Source of the DNA: Eledone cirrhosa
Taxonomy: Eukaryota
DNA length: 64,000 nt
Direction: 5' to 3'
Assembly (NCBI GenBank): GCA_964016885.1
Contig: OZ024743.1
Location: 350,424,001 to 350,488,000 of the forward strand
Of this stretch, positions 56,663 to 64,000 are shown piece after piece (position 1 is the stretch's first letter; each line of letters starts with the position of its first letter). A program made the translations under genes and the position numbers. The notes under the pieces are model-generated. The model saw only the letters and a list, made by a program, of their open reading frames with translations. It ran no database searches and was not told where the DNA came from.

Positions 56663-59600
56663 TATGAAGAGAGAAGAAACATTTAGATATAATTAGTAAT
56701 AAAATGTATCATACCTAAACTGCTCCTAAATTCCTCGACTACGTAGTTTCGTGGCATAAACAAAAACAATATATCAAAGATATAGAGTCCTTGCGAGGTC
56801 TGCCAACTTATCAAGAGGATACCTCATTTTACTAGTCTCAAGAACGCGTCTACACGACGTGAGAAAGAATCCCAAAAGGCGGAGGGGGAGATAGTCACGC
56901 GATATAACGGTCGAGAAACAGAGCTAAGCCTCTTATAACCACGAAGAAAATACCACGGAGGCGGAGGGGGTATTCATATCGAGGCCGTAGAAGAGGTAGT
57001 GAAGAAGGTGAGAAGTATGAGTAATGGAAGCTTTCCAGTTGTCCCCACACTTCAAAGATTGCTCGACCAGAGGGAGTTATTAATATATTTAGAAACACAC
57101 AGATACATGCGGACACACACATATATACATGAATGCATCCGCACCCAACTGTGAGTTAAGGGTGCCAACTTCACCGATGTTGCTCAATGAATGACTGGGA
57201 CAGACCAATTCAGTTTGAACCAGACTGAACCAGTATCAGAGTTAAAAATACATTATGAAGAGAGAAGAAACATTTAGATATAATTAGTAATAAAATGTAT
57301 CATACCTAAACTGCTCCTAAATTCCTCGACTACGTAGTTTCGTGGCATAAACAAAAACAATATATCAAAGATATAGAGTCCTTGCGAGGTCTGCCAACTT
57401 ATCAAGAGGATACCTCATTTTACTAGTCTCAAGAACGCGTCTACACGACGTGAGAAAGAATCCCAAAAGGCGGAGGGGGAGATAGTCACGCGATATAACG
57501 GTCGAGAAACAGAGCTAAGCCTCTTATAACCACGAAGAAAATACCACGGAGGCGGAGGGGGTATTCATATCGAGGCCGTAGAAGAGGTAGTGAAGAAGGC
57601 GAGAAGTATGAGTAATGGAAGCTTTCCAGTTGTCCCCACACTTCAAAGATTGCTCGACCAGAGGGAGTTATTAATATATTTAGAAACACACAGATACATG
57701 CGGACACACACATATATACATGAATGCATCCGCACCCAACTGTGAGTTAAGGGTGCCAACTTCACCGATGTTGCTCAATGAATGACTGGGACAGACCAAT
57801 TCAGTTTGAACCAGACTGAACCAGTATCAGAGTTAAAAATACATTATGAAGAGAGAAGAAACATTTAGATATAATTAGTAATAAAATGTATCATACCTAA
57901 ACTGCTCCTAAATTCCTCGACTACGTAGTTTCGTGGCATAAACAAAAACAATATATCAAAGATATAGAGTCCTTGCGAGGTCTGCCAACTTATCAAGAGG
58001 ATACCTCATTTTACTAGTCTCAAGAACGCGTCTACACGACGTGAGAAAGAATCCCAAAAGGCGGAGGGGGAGATAGTCACGCGATATAACGGTCGAGAAA
58101 CAGAGCTAAGCCTCTTATAACCACGAAGAAAATACCACGGAGGCGGAGGGGGTATTCATATCGAGGCCGTAGAAGAGGTAGTGAAGAAGGCGAGAAGTAT
58201 GAGTAATGGAAGCTTTCCAGTTGTCCCCACACTTCAAAGATTGCTCGACCAGAGGGAGTTATTAATATATTTAGAAACACACAGATACATGCGGACACAC
58301 ACATATATACATGAATGCATCCGCACCCAACTGTGAGTTAAGGGTGCCAACTTCACCGATGTTGCTCAATGAATGACTGGGACAGACCAATTCAGTTTGA
58401 ACCAGACTGAACCAGTATCAGAGTTAAAAATACATTATGAAGAGAGAAGAAACATTTAGATATAATTAGTAATAAAATGTATCATACCTAAACTGCTCCT
58501 AAATTCCTCGACTACGTAGTTTCGTGGCATAAACAAAAACAATATATCAAAGATATAGAGTCCTTGTGAGGTCTGCCAACTTATCAAGAGGATACCTCAT
58601 TTTACTAGTCTCAAGAACGCGTCTACACGACGTGAGAAAGAATCCCAAAAGGCGGAGGGGGAGATAGTCACGCGATATAACGGTCGAGAAACAGAGCTAA
58701 GCCTCTTATAACCACGAAGAAAATACCACGGAGGCGGAGGGGGTATTCATATCGAGGCCGTAGAAGAGGTAGTGAAGAAGGCGAGAAGTATGAGTAATGG
58801 AAGCTTTCCAGTTGTCCCCACACTTCAAAGATTGCTCGACCAGAGGGAGTTATTAATATATTTAGAAACACACAGATACATGCGGACACACACATATATA
58901 CATGAATGCATCCGCACCCAACTGTGAGTTAAGGGTGCCAACTTCACCGATGTTGCTCAATGAATGACTGGGACAGACCAATTCAGTTTGAACCAGACTG
59001 AACCAGTATCAGAGTTAAAAATACATTATGAAGAGAGAAGAAACATTTAGATATAATTAGTAATAAAATGTATCATACCTAAACTGCTCCTAAATTCCTC
59101 GACTACGTAGTTTCGTGGCATAAACAAAAACAATATATCAAAGATATAGAGTCCTTGCGAGGTCTGCCAACTTATCAAGAGGATACCTCATTTTACTAGT
59201 CTCAAGAACGCGTCTAACTCCCTCTGGTCGAGCAATCTTTGAAGTGTGGGGACAACTGGAAAGCTTCCATTACTCATACTTCTCGCCTTCTTCACTACCT
59301 CTTCTACGGCCTCGATATGAATACCCCCTCCGCCTCCGTGGTATTTTCTTCGTGGTTATAAGAGGCTTAGCTCTGTTTCTCGACCGTTATATCGCGTGAC
59401 TATCTCCCCCTCCGCCTTTTGGGATTCTTTCTCACGTCGTGTAGACGCGTTCTTGAGACTAGTAAAATGAGGTATCCTCTTGATAAGTTGGCAGACCTCG
59501 CAAGGACTCTATATCTTTGATATATTGTTTTTGTTTATGCCACGAAACTACGTAGTCGAGGAATTTAGGAGCAGTTTAGGTATGATACATTTTATTACTA

Positions 59601-60393
59601 ATTATATCTAAATGTTTCTTCTCTCTTCATAATGTATTTTTAACTCTGATACTGGTTCAGTCTGGTTCAAACTGAATTGGTCTGTCCCAGTCATTCATTG
59701 AGCAACATCGGTGAAGTTGGCACCCTTAACTCACAGTTGGGTGCGGATGCATTCATGTATATATGTGTGTGTCCGCATGTATCTGTGTGTTTCTAAATAT
59801 ATTAATAACTCCCTCTGGTCGAGCAATCTTTGAAGTGTGGGGACAACTCGAAAGCTTCCATTACTCATACTTCTCGCCTTCTTCACTACCTCTTCTACGG
59901 CCTCGATATGAATACCCCCTCCGCCTCCGTGGTATTTTCTTCGTGGTTATAAGAGGCTTAGCTCTGTTTCTCGACCGTTATATCGCGTGACTATCTCCCC
60001 CTCCGCCTTTTGGGATTCTTTCTCACGTCGTGTAGACGCGTTCTTGAGACTAGTAAAATGAGGTATCCTCTTGATAAGTTGGCAGACCTCGCAAGGACTC
60101 TATATCTTTGATATATTGTTTTTGTTTATGCCACGAAACTACGTAGTCGAGGAATTTAGGAGCAGTTTAGGTATGATACATTTTATTACTAATTATATCT
60201 AAATGTTTCTTCTCTCTTCATAATGTATTTTTAACTCTGATACTGGTTCAGTCTGGTTCAAACTGAATTGGTCTGTCCCAGTCATTCATTGAGCAACATC
60301 GGTGAAGTTGGCACCCTTAACTCACAGTTGGGTGCGGATGCATTCATGTATATATGTGTGTGTCCGCATGTATCTGTGTGTTTCTAAATATAT
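56657..60393. repeat. 591-bp tandem array (~4.3 units, then ~2 inverted units) with one HHR per unit, between (TA)n tracts
   Basis: Units start 56657, 57248, 57839, 58430, 59021; inversion junction at 59215-59216; inverted units at 59215 and 59806. Confidence 0.97.
59475..59562 (+). ncRNA. Type I hammerhead of the 591-bp unit (U3-A8 core); also 60066-60153 (+) and 56732-56819, 57323-57410, 57914-58001, 58505-58592, 59096-59183 (-)
   Basis: UCCUC|UUGAUAA|G-u-UGGCA...UGCCA-C|GAAA|CUACGUAG|UC|GAGGA. Confidence 0.8.
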
Positions 60394-61100
<707 letters not shown>

Positions 61101-61375
61101 ATTATTAGAAATGTTAGCTATCGCCGTATTTTGACTAAAGAAATTAAAAAAATTATTTAGCCTGATAGTGGGGTTAAGAACCCTCGGAGAAATGGAAAAA
61201 GATGAGTATTGACGTACATGTACGTCAATACTCATCTTTTAAAATTTCCCCGAGGGTTCTTAACCCCACTATCAGGCTAAATAATTTTTTTAATTTCTTT
61301 AGTCAAAATACGGCGATAGCTAACATTTCTAATAATTTCAAATCCACTCGCTGTTTCGAAAATATTCTTACTTGA
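61101..61375. mobile_element. Fold-back element (~115-bp arms, no loop) plus tail in (TA)n; no convincing HHR
   Basis: Apex gacgtacatgtacgtc; arms 61101-61218 and 61219-61336. Confidence 0.8.
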
Positions 61376-61383
61376 TATATATA

Positions 61384-61467
<84 letters not shown>

Positions 61468-61468
<1 letters not shown>

Positions 61469-62496
61469 AAAACAAATAACGAAACGAAATTAAATTTCGT
61501 TTCGTTTGTAACTCACTTTTGTATGACTGACGCTTAAACAATTAAGTTAAAAATGTACATCTACATATGCATACTGAAATACTAGTGTGTATATGAATAC
61601 ACACACGTATACATATGTAGGTGTAACGAGTCTTTCACTGGTTGCTTTACTGTGAGCAACCCAGCTATTCTGTATGTAAACACACAGACAAACCGGTTTT
61701 TAGAGTCATACTGGTTTTCGAGGAAACGCCTTTCCTCTATTCTCCAGAAAGCCAGACAAGGAATATTGAACTAGTTTCGTTGTTGTTACAACTCATCAGC
61801 AATATTTACCTATCTACCGGCCTTTCTGGAGAATCGTAAAAGCACATATCGTTATATGGTTTTTCTATGAAAATTAGTAGTGGGCAGACTAATTTGCATA
61901 GAGTGTGAGTACGCACCGGTTCAGCGGAGACGATAAAAACAAATAACGAAACGAAATTAAATTTCGTTTCGTTTGATACACACTAGTATTTCAGTATGCA
62001 TATGTAGATGTACATTTTTAACTTAATTGTTTAAGCGTCAGTCATACAAAAGTGAGTTACAAACGAAACGAAATTTAATTTCGTTTCGTTATTTGTTTTT
62101 ATCGTCTCCGCTGAACCGGTGCGTACTCACATTCTATGCAAATTAGTCTGCCCACTACTAATTTTCATAGAAAAACCATATAACGATATGTGCTTTTACG
62201 ATTCTCCAGAAAGGCCGGTAGATAGGTAAATATTGCTGATGAGTTGTAACAACAACGAAACTAGTTCAATATTCCTTGTCTGGCTTTCTGGAGAATAGAG
62301 GAAAGGCGTTTCCTCGAAAACCAGTATGACTCTAAAAACCGGTTTGTCTGTGTGTTTACATACAGAATAGCTGGGTTGCTCACAGTAAAGCAACCAGTGA
62401 AAGACTCGTTACACCTACATATGTATACGTGTGTGTATTCATATACACACTAGTATTTCAGTATGCATATGTAGATGTACATTTTTAACTTAATTG

Positions 62497-62500
<4 letters not shown>
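61468..62500. mobile_element. Fold-back HHR element built from a 467-bp monomer; both arms exceed one unit
   Basis: Redundancy 61468/61935 in the left arm and 61976/62443 in the right arm; homologous to 55212-56105. Confidence 0.9.
62229..62273 (+). ncRNA. Minimal type I hammerhead ribozyme
   Basis: AAUAUUG|CUGAUGA|GUUGU-aaca-ACAAC|GAAA|CUAG|UU|CAAUAUU; mirror copy in the left arm. Confidence 0.85.
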
Positions 62501-62564
<64 letters not shown>

Positions 62565-62638
62565 ATAATAATAAAATTGAAGACTAAAATCCAGAGAGGG
62601 CTCGATAAGGAAAATATATATCAAATATATAAGAACCG

Positions 62639-62945
<307 letters not shown>

Positions 62946-63192
62946 TTGTGTGTAGTGGAAAATGAACAAACAAATCACAGGAGACAATTGTACACAGTTA
63001 TATTAGGTTCACGTATGTAAACCGCTGGAGACGGTAAAAAGAAGGCAACCAGCTCAACGTCAATTGGACTAGCTGCCCTCTTTGTTCCGTCTCTATGGTC
63101 TTATATACCCAATCCCTTAGACTATATTATAATATGTAGGTTGAAGCTTGTAGTTCTCCCTCCCTAACACACTCACATACACAGAGATACAT

Positions 63193-63223
<31 letters not shown>

Positions 63224-63490
63224 TAAAATAACAGATTAAAGTTTAAACCCTCTTTGGATTTTAGTCTTCGTATTTATCCTTATTACTATATATATATATA
63301 TATATATATAAAGAATTATCGTTCTACATAGCTGAATACAATAAATGTAATCTGAGTTCTGCAGTTCTGTTTACATGCCAACACAAGAGCAAGAATGAGG
63401 GGCTCATTCTACTGACATAGCTTTAAAAATGAGGCTGTTTGCATAATTGCAAACGATTCGAATATTATTATTAATATTCGAAAAACTCAC

Positions 63491-63602
<112 letters not shown>

Positions 63603-64000
63603 TGGTATTCAGAATATATTGATTTAAAAAAATAATCTTCAATCAACTGAAACTATCCTTACAAAATCAAAATCGAAACTCCCTTTATTCTGGTCTAAAA
63701 CATAGGGAAGGAATAGAATGTACTGATAATGAACCTTGCTTTATGCTGTCTTGGTGAAAGAACGGATTAGTTTCGATTTTATTACATCTCCCTAACAAAG
63801 TAAATTCTCTTTGCAAGTTGGCCCGAGTAGAAGAATGGTCAAATATATGTGAAAGTAGAAAGAAACTATGATCTGATTGATGGTTTAGACCCGGTGATGG
63901 TACATACAGACGCAAATGTAATCTATTTCTGCTCAAGAGGAATCAATCACCATGAGTGTATGCAAAAAGTCAATGTGACCAAAGACTCAAACGTAGAAAT

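Noticed and set aside
56895-59990. Repeated 75-aa [15 protein letters not shown]... in the 591-bp unit
   Set aside because: Identity simply reflects the repeat; starts in a (TG)n patch, has no recognisable motif and has a stop, so no endless ORF in this frame although 591 is divisible by 3
56657-60393. CRISPR-like array
   Set aside because: Units are identical over their full length with no unique spacers; eukaryotic context, no cas genes

Overview
AT-rich, microsatellite-dense animal genomic DNA with one assembly gap. The SINE, the LINE set and the (TA)n/(TACA)n load suggest a cephalopod (octopus-like) genome; this is inference. The only host gene I can support is a + strand ANTP/NK-like homeobox gene: two phase-compatible exons (31970-32369, 37478-37581) with an eh1-like LSIEDIL motif and a homeodomain start RKPRQAYSSKQLERLETEFK, most like the Abox/ceh-19 family; the rest of the homeodomain was not found. 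The remainder is mobile DNA: a near full-length Tx1/L1 LINE inside (GATA)n, R4/Dong-type LINE pieces nested in (TACA)n, CR1, Hero, CRE and RTE remnants, two non-autonomous Helitron-like elements, tRNA-SINEs and Neptune-type Penelope-like element (PLE) fragments. The most striking signal is a set of about a dozen non-coding fold-back and tandem elements sitting in or next to (TA)n tracts. Most carry a type I hammerhead ribozyme (HHR) whose sense strand points outward from the fold-back centre. They include greater-than-unit-length monomers of ~416-426, ~467-469 and 591 bp. The 591-bp array has 7 HHR copies with a U3-A8 core. These look like PLE-mobilised, circular-RNA-derived retrozyme-like elements. 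All folds were done by eye and no activity has been tested.
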